Positions 49,363 to 58,465 of a stretch of DNA of 64,000 nt are shown here, one piece after another. The translations under genes were made by a program, and so were the position numbers. This stretch comes from Actinomycetota bacterium. GTDB lineage: Bacteria; Actinomycetota; Coriobacteriia; Anaerosomatales; SLCP01. Under the pieces are notes generated by a model that saw only the letters and a list, made by a program, of their open reading frames with translations, did no database searches and was not told the origin of the DNA. Positions within the stretch are counted from its first letter, which is position 1; every line of letters begins with the position of its first letter. The DNA lies in contig JBBIIC010000009.1 in the NCBI GenBank assembly GCA_037446725.1, positions 3,712-67,711 on the forward strand, given 5' to 3'.

Positions 49363-51008
49363 TGGCTCGATCAGTTGTCGACCCGTTGACCAGGATCGAA
49401 GGTCACCTGCGTGTCGAGGTCGAAGTCAACGATGGCGTCGTGACCGACGCATGGGTGTCCGGCGGACTGTATCGGGGCATGGAGACGATCCTGCTCGACC
49501 GCCGTCCCTCCGATGCGTACTTCGTCGCGCAGCGTATCTGCGGCGTGTGCCCCATCTCTCACGGCCACGCGTCGACGAGCGCTACTGAAGACGCACTCGG
49601 CATCACGATCCCGAACAACGCGCGACTCGTGCGTAACCTCATCGAGGCGGCGCAGTACATCCACAGCCACATCCTGTGGTTCTACATCCTGGCGGCGCTC
49701 GACTACGTCGATCCGGACAAGGCGCTCTCGGCCGACATCGCCGACACGTACGCGCTCGCCCAGGCTGCCGGCACCGGCACGTCTGACTTCGGTGCGGTCG
49801 CCAAGCGCCTGCAAGCGTTCGTGGACAACGGCCAGCTGTCGATCTTCACCAACGGCTGGTTCGGTCATCCGGCGTACGCGCAGGACATGCCCGCCGAGCT
49901 GCACCTCATCGGGGTCGCCCATTACCTCGAGGCACTGGAGATGCAGGCAGTGGCAGCGGAGATCATCGCCATCATGGGCGGGAAGTTCCCGCACTTCATG
50001 ACATCGATCCCGGGCGGCACGGCATTCGTACCGACCGAGCAGAAGCTCGACGACATCCTGTTCCGCTTCATCAAGCTGCACGACTGGGTCAGCAACACGA
50101 TGATCCCGGACACGCTCGCCATCGCACCGTTCTACGCCGGTGCCCTCGAGTACGGCGGCGGCCACGGCAACTTCCTTGCGTGGGGCGTGTTCAACGACGA
50201 GTCCTTCGAGATGACGAACCGATACCTCCCCGGCGGCGTGATCGTCACCAGCGAAGGCCTCACCGTCGCGGACCCCGACCCGTCTGTGCTCTCCGAGTAC
50301 GTCCAGCGGTCCTGGTACGAGTCGGACACCGGCCTCAACCCCGCCGAGGGCGAGACCGTGGCCAACTTCACCGAATACGACCCTGACAACCAGTACTCCT
50401 GGTGCAAGGCTCCGCGCTACGACGGCAAGCCGATGGAGGCCGGTCCCCTCTCCCGCATGCTCATCGCCTATCTGCGAGGTGTCCGGCCGGTTCAGCAGAT
50501 TGTCGACGGTGCACTCGACGCCCTCGGCGCGGCAGGCAAGCCCGAGGTGCTCGTCTCACTGCTCGGACGCATCGCTGCCCGCAACCTCGAGACCAAGGTC
50601 ATCTGCGACTGGTCGCTGGAGTGGGTCAACGAGCTCATCGCCGCCATCGCGGGCGGGGACTCGAAGTACTTCGAGCCCCACGAAGTCGATGCCGGCTCCG
50701 GTGCCGGTATGTGGGAGGCACCCCGCGGGGCGCTCGGCCACTGGATCGACATCGAGGGCGGCAAGATCTCCCGCTACCAGGTCGTCACCCCGTCGACGTG
50801 GGACTGCTCGTCCCGCGATGACGACGGCGTGCGCGGACCGATGGAGGAGGCGCTCGTCGGAACGCCGATCATCGAGGTCGAGCGCCCGCTCGAGGCCTGC
50901 CGCATCGCGCGTAGCTTCGATCCTTGAGTAGGGTGCGCGGTTCACGTGATTGAACCGAAAACCGGCAAGGAAGCAACCGTCTACACGAAGCCGATGGGGG
51001 TGAGGTAG
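49362..51008 (+). CDS. [NiFeSe] hydrogenase large subunit (UGA at 50925-50927 read as Sec)
   Basis: DPLTRIEGH, QRICGVC; readthrough gives SFDP-U-VGCAVH plus a 20-aa tail, ending at TAG 51008 directly before the next ATG. Confidence 0.9.
50939..50956 (+). promoter_or_regulatory. Putative bacterial SECIS hairpin
   Basis: GGTTCA-CGTGAT-TGAACC; 17 nt between the UGA and the loop; G at loop position 2 followed by U. Confidence 0.6.
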
Positions 51009-51686
51009 ATGTCGCATCCCGCACACTACCGAGAGGCCCATCCGCTGATCTTCGTGTTCACCCACTGGATCAACTTGATCGCTATGGTGGCGCTCGCGTT
51101 CTCGGGTTTCTACATCCACTACCCGTTCTTCAGCGGGTTCATGGGTGTCGCCCGCGGCATGCACTTCTTCTTCATGTACGTGCTCCTCATCAACCTGTTC
51201 GTGCGCATCATCGCCGCGTTCTTCGTGAAGTCGGCGACGCGCCTGGGCAGCCGTGAGGTGGAAACAGACATCAAGAACTGGCTGCCGCAGAAGCTCAACC
51301 GCCACCAGTTCATCCCGTGGCTGAAGTACTACCTGTTCCTGAAGAAGGACCACCCCATCGGCGCCAAGTACGGCGTGCTGCAGAAGATCGCCTACCTGGC
51401 GACCATCCCGCTCACGCTGGCAGCCGCCTACACCGGCTTCGCGATCTACGCACCGGTCATGGACTGGGCTTTCTTCGCGGCGGGCACCGAGTGGGTCGGC
51501 GGCCAGATGGCCATGAGGATCATCCACTACTACATCATGTGGGCCTTCATCCTCTTCACGGCCATCCACGCCTACCTCGCCAACGTCGAGGGCGTCGCGC
51601 CCTCACGCCTGATCTTCGCGTGGAAGGAAGAAGAGGGTCTGCAGTTCGACGCCGACGGCAAGATCGTCGGCGGTGCCGAGCACTAG
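51009..51686 (+). CDS. Hydrogenase b-type cytochrome subunit
   Basis: THWIN, RGMHF, KYGVLQKIAY, RIIHYYIMW..HAY; heme-ligating His residues in TM helices. Confidence 0.92.
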   Translation: MSHPAHYREAHPLIFVFTHWINLIAMVALAFSGFYIHYPFFSGFMGVARGMHFFFMYVLLINLFVRIIAAFFVKSATRLGSREVETDIKNWLPQKLNRHQFIPWLKYYLFLKKDHPIGAKYGVLQKIAYLATIPLTLAAAYTGFAIYAPVMDWAFFAAGTEWVGGQMAMRIIHYYIMWAFILFTAIHAYLANVEGVAPSRLIFAWKEEEGLQFDADGKIVGGAEH

Positions 51687-51713
51687 GGCACGCAGATGCC
51701 CACCGTGCAACCT

Positions 51714-51741
51714 GAGACCCCGGGCATCAGCCCGGGGTCTC
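51714..51741 (+). terminator. Hairpin after the cytochrome b gene
   Basis: GAGACCCCGGGC-ATCA-GCCCGGGGTCTC. Confidence 0.6.
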
Positions 51742-51948
51742 CCCCGTCTCCTATCCCCGCGCGCGAGAACGACAGGTCTGGGGCGGCTGACGTAGAAGTA
51801 CGCTACAGTGGACTTCGAAGCGCTCCGGCAGGCGCAGCGTCCTTCCGGCGCGACAGGATCTAGGGCGTCACCTATGCCAGACGGGGTAAGGGCGCACGGT
51901 ATTCGCCGTGACTCATGTGCATCGACCGTACCGCACGAGAGGAACAGG

Positions 51949-53277
51949 ATGCTCTCCGAACGCCTCGTCACCACCGCTTTGCGCGTCCTCAACAAGACAT
52001 ATCTCCACCAGGCCCCCGTTTCTTTCGACACGCTCCCCGCCCCTGCCGCAGGACGAAGCTACGTGCTCTACGCCCACGTGCCGTTCTGCGAGCGTCTGTG
52101 CCTCTACTGCTCGTTCAACCGGTTCCTCTACCGTGAGGACCGTGCTCGCGAGTACTTCCGCAGCCTGCGCGCGGAGATGCGAATGGTGGCCGACCTCGGC
52201 TATGATTTCCCGTCGCTCTACATCGGCGGCGGCACCCCCACCATACTGCTCGACGAGCTCGCAGAGACCATCGATCTGGCCCGCGAGCTCTTCTCCATAG
52301 AGGAGGTCTCGAGCGAGACCAGCCCGAACCATTTGGGACCCGAGCTCGTCTCGGTCCTCCAGGACCGCGTCCAGCGCCTCTCGGTCGGAATCCAGAGTTT
52401 CGACGACGTCCTGCTGCGCCAGATGGACCGCTACGAGAAGTACGGATGCGGAATGGAGGTCTTCGACCGCATACGTTCGGTCGCCGGGAAGTTCCACTCG
52501 CTCAACGTCGACATGATCTTCAACTTCCCCTCGCAGACCGAGGAGATGCTGCGCCGCGATATCACCCTGTTCAAGGCGACCGGCGCCAACCAGACCACCT
52601 TCTATCCCCTGATGGCCTCGCCCAAGACGCGCGCAGAGCTCGCGCGGGCGGTCGGGCACATCGACTTCGCGCGCGAAGCACGCTACTACCGCATCATCGC
52701 CGAGGAGCTGGCCGACGAGTTCCAACCTACCTCGGCATGGACCTACTCGCGTGACAAGGATTCCATGATCGACGAGTACATCGTCGACTACGGCGAGTAC
52801 GTCGGCATCGGGTCGGGCGCGCTGTCCTTCCTCGGCGACCGCATCTACGGCAACACCTTCTCGTTGCGCGAGTATGCCGAGCGCATCGCGACCGGACGCA
52901 TGTCCGTCGCCAAGGCGGGTCGCCCCTACTCCGCGACTGCACTGCGCCGGTACCGCTTCGTGACCGATCTCTTCGGGCTTGCGCTCGACAAAGAACGGTT
53001 CGAGAGGGACTTCGGCATCCCGATAGAACGGGGTCTGGCCGCGGAGCTCGCATTCATGCGCGCTGCGGGCGGTATCGCCGGGGACGATGGGCGCTTTGTC
53101 ACGCTCACGGAGAAGGGCCGCTACCTGCTGATGGTAATGATGCGCGAGACACTCGCCTCGTCTAACGACGCGCGCGACCACGCACGTGACGCGCTTCCCC
53201 TCGAAGAGCGGATGCTCCTCCTCGAAGGTGAAGCATGCGAGGCAGGCTCGGTTTCACCCCAGCTTGCGGCGGGCTAG
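51949..53277 (+). CDS. menK: HemN-like class C radical SAM protein, probable menaquinone methyltransferase (MenK/MqnK family)
   Basis: YAHVPFCERLCLYCSFNRF, YIGGGTPT, RVQRLSVGIQSF, NVDMIFNFPSQT, QTTFYPLM; resembles coriobacterial MenK as recalled. Confidence 0.7.
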   Translation: MLSERLVTTALRVLNKTYLHQAPVSFDTLPAPAAGRSYVLYAHVPFCERLCLYCSFNRFLYREDRAREYFRSLRAEMRMVADLGYDFPSLYIGGGTPTILLDELAETIDLARELFSIEEVSSETSPNHLGPELVSVLQDRVQRLSVGIQSFDDVLLRQMDRYEKYGCGMEVFDRIRSVAGKFHSLNVDMIFNFPSQTEEMLRRDITLFKATGANQTTFYPLMASPKTRAELARAVGHIDFAREARYYRIIAEELADEFQPTSAWTYSRDKDSMIDEYIVDYGEYVGIGSGALSFLGDRIYGNTFSLREYAERIATGRMSVAKAGRPYSATALRRYRFVTDLFGLALDKERFERDFGIPIERGLAAELAFMRAAGGIAGDDGRFVTLTEKGRYLLMVMMRETLASSNDARDHARDALPLEERMLLLEGEACEAGSVSPQLAAG

Positions 53278-53353
53278 CGAGGCGGCATTCGTTCACACGC
53301 CCTCTCGGCTGCGGTAGCATCTCCCCTACACGACCGGAAGGACTGCAGCGTCC

Positions 53354-53902
53354 ATGGCTGACCGCATCCTCATTCTCGGCATCGGTAACCCCCTCATGAC
53401 TGACGAAGGCGCGGGCGTGCGCGTCGCGGAGATCCTCATGGGCCGTTACGCGCTACCAGACAACGTCGAGGTCATCGATGCGGGCACGATGGGCCTTGGC
53501 ATCATGAACCTGTTCCGCGACCGCGATCTCGTCGTGGTCGTCGACGCCGTCGACAACACGGGGCACGAGCCCGGGACCGTCGTCGTCATGACCCCGGAAC
53601 AGCTCGCCCCGTCACAGGTGCTCCACTCGCTGCACGACATGCGGTTCGTCAACGTCCTTGAGGCGGCCGAGCTCACCGGCATCAAACCCGACGCCATCTG
53701 CGTGGGCGTCCAGGTGGCGAGTATGGAACAGTGGGTCATGGAGCTGACGCCCCCGGTGGAAGCGGCCCTGCCGTCGGCTGTCGCGGCCGTGCTCGACATC
53801 CTTGCCGAACGCGGCGTCGTCCTCGAGCCCGTCGAGGGCACGACCGAGGATGCCGCGATCATCGAGGCCATCCGCACACGTGCCCGGATGCCGGGCACCT
53901 AA
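53354..53902 (+). CDS. Hydrogenase maturation protease (HyaD/HybD family)
   Basis: LGIGNPLMTDEGAGV, IDAGT, VVDAV, SLHD. Confidence 0.93.
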   Translation: MADRILILGIGNPLMTDEGAGVRVAEILMGRYALPDNVEVIDAGTMGLGIMNLFRDRDLVVVVDAVDNTGHEPGTVVVMTPEQLAPSQVLHSLHDMRFVNVLEAAELTGIKPDAICVGVQVASMEQWVMELTPPVEAALPSAVAAVLDILAERGVVLEPVEGTTEDAAIIEAIRTRARMPGT

Positions 53903-53920
53903 CCGACGGAAGGACTGCGG

Positions 53921-54739
53921 ATGCGCGAAGAGCTCGAGATAGCGGTCGCGGCTGCTCGCGCCGGCGCTCTGGTCGTGCGGGAGCACGCTGCTGCCGTCGG
54001 TGCGGTGAGGTCGAAGGGGTCCGCCACCGACCTCGTAACCGACGTCGACATCGCGTCCGGTGTCGCCGTCGTACGCGAGCTCCTGGCCGCCGATCCCTCG
54101 GCACGCGTCCTCGTCGAGGAAGATGAGGTCTACACCATCACAGGTCTCCGCCCCACCGACCCCGCGCAGGGCGAGACGTGGGTCATTGACCCCATCGATG
54201 GCACCACCTCCTTCATCCACAGCTTCCCCACGTACTCGGTCTCCGTGGCCCTCCTGCGCGACGGACGGCCCGTCGCCGGTGCTGTCACCGATGTACCGCA
54301 CGACGTGACGATGAGCGCCGCCGAGGGCATGGGCGCAACGCTGGAGGGCGCGCCCGTGCGCTGCACACAGGTCGCCCGGCTCGACGAGGCCCTCCTCGTG
54401 ACCGGCTTCCCCTACGACCGCGAGGCTGCACTCGACCGCCAGCTCGCGGTGCTGGCGGCCTTCCTGCGTGCGCCGGTCCACGGCATCCGCCGCGACGGGT
54501 CGGCTGCCCTCGACTGCTGCCACGTCGCGGCCGGACGTGCCGACGGCTTCTGGGAGTACGGTCTCCAGCCCTGGGACACGGCCGCGGGCGCGATCATCTG
54601 CCGGGAGGCCGGCGCGCGTGTCACCGACATCTTCGGGCGTGAATGGTCACCGAACCGCGATTCGGGCGTGATCGTGGCCAATCCGCGTCTGCACGAGCGG
54701 ATGCTCGCGCTGATCACCGAGGTCACCGGCGGGAGATAG
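53921..54739 (+). CDS. suhB: Inositol monophosphatase family protein
   Basis: DLVTDVD, WVIDPIDGTT, GSAALD, WDTAAG. Confidence 0.88.
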   Translation: MREELEIAVAAARAGALVVREHAAAVGAVRSKGSATDLVTDVDIASGVAVVRELLAADPSARVLVEEDEVYTITGLRPTDPAQGETWVIDPIDGTTSFIHSFPTYSVSVALLRDGRPVAGAVTDVPHDVTMSAAEGMGATLEGAPVRCTQVARLDEALLVTGFPYDREAALDRQLAVLAAFLRAPVHGIRRDGSAALDCCHVAAGRADGFWEYGLQPWDTAAGAIICREAGARVTDIFGREWSPNRDSGVIVANPRLHERMLALITEVTGGR

Positions 54740-54789
54740 GAATCTTCGGAGTTCGGGCCCATCGCACTCACGGCCGAACATCGCCGTTC

Positions 54790-56265
54790 CTAATAGTAGC
54801 GCTTCTGTTCCTCGGCATCCTCGGCCAGTTCGATCCCCCACTCGCCGAGCACCTTGCTGACCGCGCGTTCGCCGCTCTCCACGCAGTTCGGCAGACCGAC
54901 GCCGCGGTACGAACCCCCCGCGAGCGCGAGACCAGGAACCTCGGACTGGCGGGCCTCGATCGTCTCGACGCGCCCCATATGGCCGAGCGTGTACTGCGGC
55001 ATGCCCATCTCCCACCGGAACACCCGAGAGAAGACCGGCTCCCCCTTCACTCCGAGGACCGCACGGAGTTCTCCGAGCACGATGTCGGCGAGCCGATCGT
55101 CGCTCTCGGCCATGATCGCCTGGTTGTGCGGACCCCCCACGAAGCCCCTGATCAGCACCTTGCCCTCGGGCGCGCGCCCGGGCCACTTCGTGGATGAGAG
55201 CGTGGCAGCCATAAGCGAACGGTTCTCGATGAGCGGGCACAGCACGCCGAATGCGTTCATATCGATGCCGACCTCGGACTCCTCGAAGGCAAGCGAGACC
55301 GTCGCGGACGAGGAGTGTTCGATGCCCGCGAGCGCGTCGGCGATGACACCGTCGACCGACCTTACGAGCCGCTCCGCCGCCCAGCTTTCCGTCGCGATGA
55401 TCACCGCATCCGCGGCGATGACCGAATCGTCGTCCAGCTCGACACGCCACCCTTCAGGCGTCCGCGCGAGGCCCCGGGCCGCAACCCCGGTACGCATCCG
55501 GTCACGGCCGGCGGCCTCGGCCATCGCATCGGTCAGGAACTGCATGCCCTGCTCGAAGGAGGTGAAGAACGTCCGCGGCTTGGCGCCCGGCTTCGGCGGG
55601 TACTTCTTTCGCATCTCGGCGACCTTCTTGCGCGCTGCGTAGAACCCTTTGATCATCCCCCCGTACGTCTGCTCCATCTCGAGCAGGCGGGGGAACGTGG
55701 CAGCGAGGCTCATCTTCGCCGGATCGGACGCGTGCACACCGCCGACGAGCGGCTCGGCAAGGCGGTCGAGGCACTCGCGGCCCATTCGCCGCACGACGAA
55801 GCTCTCGAGCGTCTCGTCTTCGGGCCCGTCCGGGCCGGCGGGTTTGGGCTTGATCAACAGGTCCATGCCCATGCGGATCTTCCCGGGCCACGAGAACAGG
55901 GTCGTGGTGGCGAAAGGCCAGAACTTCGTGGGCGCGAACATCATCACGCCGTCGGGAAGATCATGCAGCTTGCCGCGTGAGAGAATGTACGTGCGTTTGC
56001 GGGCCTCATCGGTCGGCAGCTCGTCGTCGAAGATGCCAAGGAGTCTGGCGATCCGGTGGACCGCCGGTTTCTCGGTCAAGAAGCAGTCCGGCCCGCCGTC
56101 GATGATGAAGCCTTCGTGGTGAACGGTGGCGATCTTCCCACCCAATCGGGCATCCTTCTCGACGAGCGTGAAGCTGACCTCGTTGCCTGCCTCCGCGGCC
56201 CGCGCGACCTTGTAGGCGGCGGCAAGCCCCGCGATGCCGCCGCCGATGATAACGATCTCCCTCAT
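54790..56265 (-). CDS. hemY: Protoporphyrinogen/coproporphyrinogen oxidase (HemY/CgoX)
   Basis: IIGGGIAGL, LGGKI, GPDCF, EPLVGGVHA, MPQY, GVGLPNC. Confidence 0.92.
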   Translation of the reverse strand: MREIVIIGGGIAGLAAAYKVARAAEAGNEVSFTLVEKDARLGGKIATVHHEGFIIDGGPDCFLTEKPAVHRIARLLGIFDDELPTDEARKRTYILSRGKLHDLPDGVMMFAPTKFWPFATTTLFSWPGKIRMGMDLLIKPKPAGPDGPEDETLESFVVRRMGRECLDRLAEPLVGGVHASDPAKMSLAATFPRLLEMEQTYGGMIKGFYAARKKVAEMRKKYPPKPGAKPRTFFTSFEQGMQFLTDAMAEAAGRDRMRTGVAARGLARTPEGWRVELDDDSVIAADAVIIATESWAAERLVRSVDGVIADALAGIEHSSSATVSLAFEESEVGIDMNAFGVLCPLIENRSLMAATLSSTKWPGRAPEGKVLIRGFVGGPHNQAIMAESDDRLADIVLGELRAVLGVKGEPVFSRVFRWEMGMPQYTLGHMGRVETIEARQSEVPGLALAGGSYRGVGLPNCVESGERAVSKVLGEWGIELAEDAEEQKRYY

Positions 56266-56278
56266 GTCTTGCGGCTCC

Positions 56279-57286
56279 TTACTCGGTCTCGGGCGAGATC
56301 AACGGTGTGATCGCTTCTGCAATCGATGCGATGAGCAGTTGATCGGCGTTCGGTACGGCGGCGCGCGCGAACTCGAGATCCGCGTCGAGGACCTTGCCGG
56401 CCAGCACGACGTCGAGGTCGTAGAGCGTCTCCATGTGGTCGGTCGCGAATCCTACAGGCGCGACGACGATGGACTTGAAGCCGCCTGCGATCGCCGCGTC
56501 GATGACGTCGTCGACGTCGGGCCCCAACCACTCGCACGGACGGTTGCCCTTAGACTGGAATGCGAACACCCAGGGCTGCGGGTCTTCGAGCGAGCCGTAC
56601 CCCTCGATACCGGTCAGCCGCTCGTCAGACCCGTCGAGCTCGGTGCCCTCATCCATCTGCAGAACGCCGACCATCCTGTCGACGAGTCCGCGCAGTGCCG
56701 GTACGTACCGGTCGTCGTCGTCCAAATCGGGCACGGGCAGACTGTGCGCCGTGAAGACGAGCAGCGCGGGCCGGTGGTCCTTTAGGTCGGCAAGCGCCTC
56801 GGCAGCGCAGCCCACGAGCAGCCCGCCGAAACCCGGCAGGGTGTGCAGCGGAGGCGCCTCGACGAGCTCCAATCCCTCGAGATCGGGGAGCACCTCGTCG
56901 AAGGCCTCCCGGTACGCTCCGGTCGCAACCTTGGACTCGAAGGGGGAAAGGGAGACGACGATCACTCTGCGGAGGCCGTGATGGTACAGGCCTCGCAGGA
57001 CATCCCCGATCAGCGGAGGCCAGTACCGCATGCCGAGGACAACCGGGACTCTGTGCCCGCCCTCAGTGAGTTTGGCTTCAAGGGCCTGCGCCATCTGTGC
57101 CGCGATGGCGGGAAGAGGCGAGGCGCCACCGATCGTCAGGTACCGGCGTTCAACCCGGGCGACCAAATCGTCGGAAGGCTCACAACCCATGAGGTTGCAC
57201 ATGAAGGGACGCACTGAGTCGACGCAGTCCGGCCCGCCGAAGCCGACGAGCATGACCGCGGTGGTACCCCAGTTCCGTTCCGTCAT
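56279..57286 (-). CDS. hemH: Ferrochelatase (HemH/CpfC)
   Basis: YLTIGGASPL, GMRYWPP, FTAHSLP, FQS, WLGPD, GFATDHMETLYDLD. Confidence 0.92.
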   Translation of the reverse strand: MTERNWGTTAVMLVGFGGPDCVDSVRPFMCNLMGCEPSDDLVARVERRYLTIGGASPLPAIAAQMAQALEAKLTEGGHRVPVVLGMRYWPPLIGDVLRGLYHHGLRRVIVVSLSPFESKVATGAYREAFDEVLPDLEGLELVEAPPLHTLPGFGGLLVGCAAEALADLKDHRPALLVFTAHSLPVPDLDDDDRYVPALRGLVDRMVGVLQMDEGTELDGSDERLTGIEGYGSLEDPQPWVFAFQSKGNRPCEWLGPDVDDVIDAAIAGGFKSIVVAPVGFATDHMETLYDLDVVLAGKVLDADLEFARAAVPNADQLLIASIAEAITPLISPETE

Positions 57287-58338
57287 GCCGACACCCCGCT
57301 GCGAATCCGTGTCGAGTGCTCGCTGACCGAACGAACGAGGGCCTTGGCGTGCTCGGGGTCGGTGTCCTTGTGGATCCCGTGACCGAGATTGAAGATGTGG
57401 CCCGGCCGCGTGCCCACCTTCTCGAGTATGTCACGCGCGGCCGCGTCGATGACCTCGACGGGCGCGAAGAGCGTCATCGGGTCGAGGTTGCCCTGGATGG
57501 CGAAGTCGGGGCCTATCCATTCGACCGCGTCGGCGATGTCCACACGCCAGTCCAGCCCGATGACATCGCCACCGGCCGTCTTGACCTTCGATAGCATCGC
57601 CGTGGCGTTGTTCGCGAAGTTGATGACCGGCACCCCCGCCTTGCTCACTTCAGCGATGAGGCGCGTGGTGTGCGGCAGGACCGAGCGCTCGTAATCGGCC
57701 GGCGAAAGGAAGCCGACCCACGAGTCGAAGACCTGCACCGCCTGTGCGCCGGCCTCGATCTGGGCGAGCAGGTACTCGATCACGGTGTCGGTGGTGACCT
57801 GCATCAGGCGTTCCCAGCCCTCGGGGTCGGACCACATCAAGCTCTTGCACTTGATGTAGGCACGTGTGGAGCCGCCCTCGATCATATAGGACGCAAGGGT
57901 GAACGGCGCGCCTGCGAACCCGATGAGCGGTACTTTCTCGCGCAGCTCGTGGCGCAGCTGACGGATCGCCTCCATGACGTAGCCGGTGTCTGTCACCGCA
58001 TCAGAGACCCGGAGGTTCTTCACGTCGGACAGGTCGCGGACCGGGTTGTGGATGACCGGTCCCTCCCCCTTCGCGAAGGAGAGTTCCAGTCCCATCCCCT
58101 CGAGCGGGAGCAGGATATCGGCGAACAGGATCGCGGCGTCGACGCCGATCAGATCGACCGGCTGCAGCGTGACCTCGACCGCAAGCTCGGGTTGTTTGCA
58201 CATCTGCAGGAAGTCGTAGTTCTTCCTGATCGCCCGGTACTCGGGCATGTATCGGCCGGCCTGGCGCATCATCCAGATAGGCGTACGCTCGGTGGGCTCG
58301 CGGCGGCACGCCCGCAGGAAAAGGTCGTTGAAGGCCAT
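57283..58338 (-). CDS. hemE: Uroporphyrinogen decarboxylase
   Basis: PIWMMRQAGRYMPEY, DAAILFADIL, QVFDSW, QGNLDP, FNLGHG. Confidence 0.97.
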   Translation of the reverse strand: MAFNDLFLRACRREPTERTPIWMMRQAGRYMPEYRAIRKNYDFLQMCKQPELAVEVTLQPVDLIGVDAAILFADILLPLEGMGLELSFAKGEGPVIHNPVRDLSDVKNLRVSDAVTDTGYVMEAIRQLRHELREKVPLIGFAGAPFTLASYMIEGGSTRAYIKCKSLMWSDPEGWERLMQVTTDTVIEYLLAQIEAGAQAVQVFDSWVGFLSPADYERSVLPHTTRLIAEVSKAGVPVINFANNATAMLSKVKTAGGDVIGLDWRVDIADAVEWIGPDFAIQGNLDPMTLFAPVEVIDAAARDILEKVGTRPGHIFNLGHGIHKDTDPEHAKALVRSVSEHSTRIRSGVSA

Positions 58339-58397
58339 CTCAGGGTTCCCTTTCATTGCCGGATGAAGGAAGCAAAACCGCGGTTAGTCTACACCAT

Positions 58398-58435
58398 GAA
58401 ACGAGGCTCCGACCCCCTGAGGGGCCGGAGCCTCG
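58398..58435 (-). terminator. Terminator after acs
   Basis: Minus strand CGAGGCTCCG...CGGAGCCTCG followed by TTT. Confidence 0.65.
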
Positions 58436-58465
58436 CCTTGACGCGTTGAGACGCAGTCTGGCGCC

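Noticed and set aside
49362-50927. Hydrogenase large subunit as a truncated pseudogene
   Set aside because: The stop is UGA at the known Sec position, the motif continues in frame, and the rest of the operon is intact.
51808-53277. Calling the radical SAM protein HemN (coproporphyrinogen dehydrogenase) because hem genes are nearby
   Set aside because: The N-terminus and the QTTFYPLM region fit the MenK/MqnK subfamily better; this needs phylogenetic confirmation.
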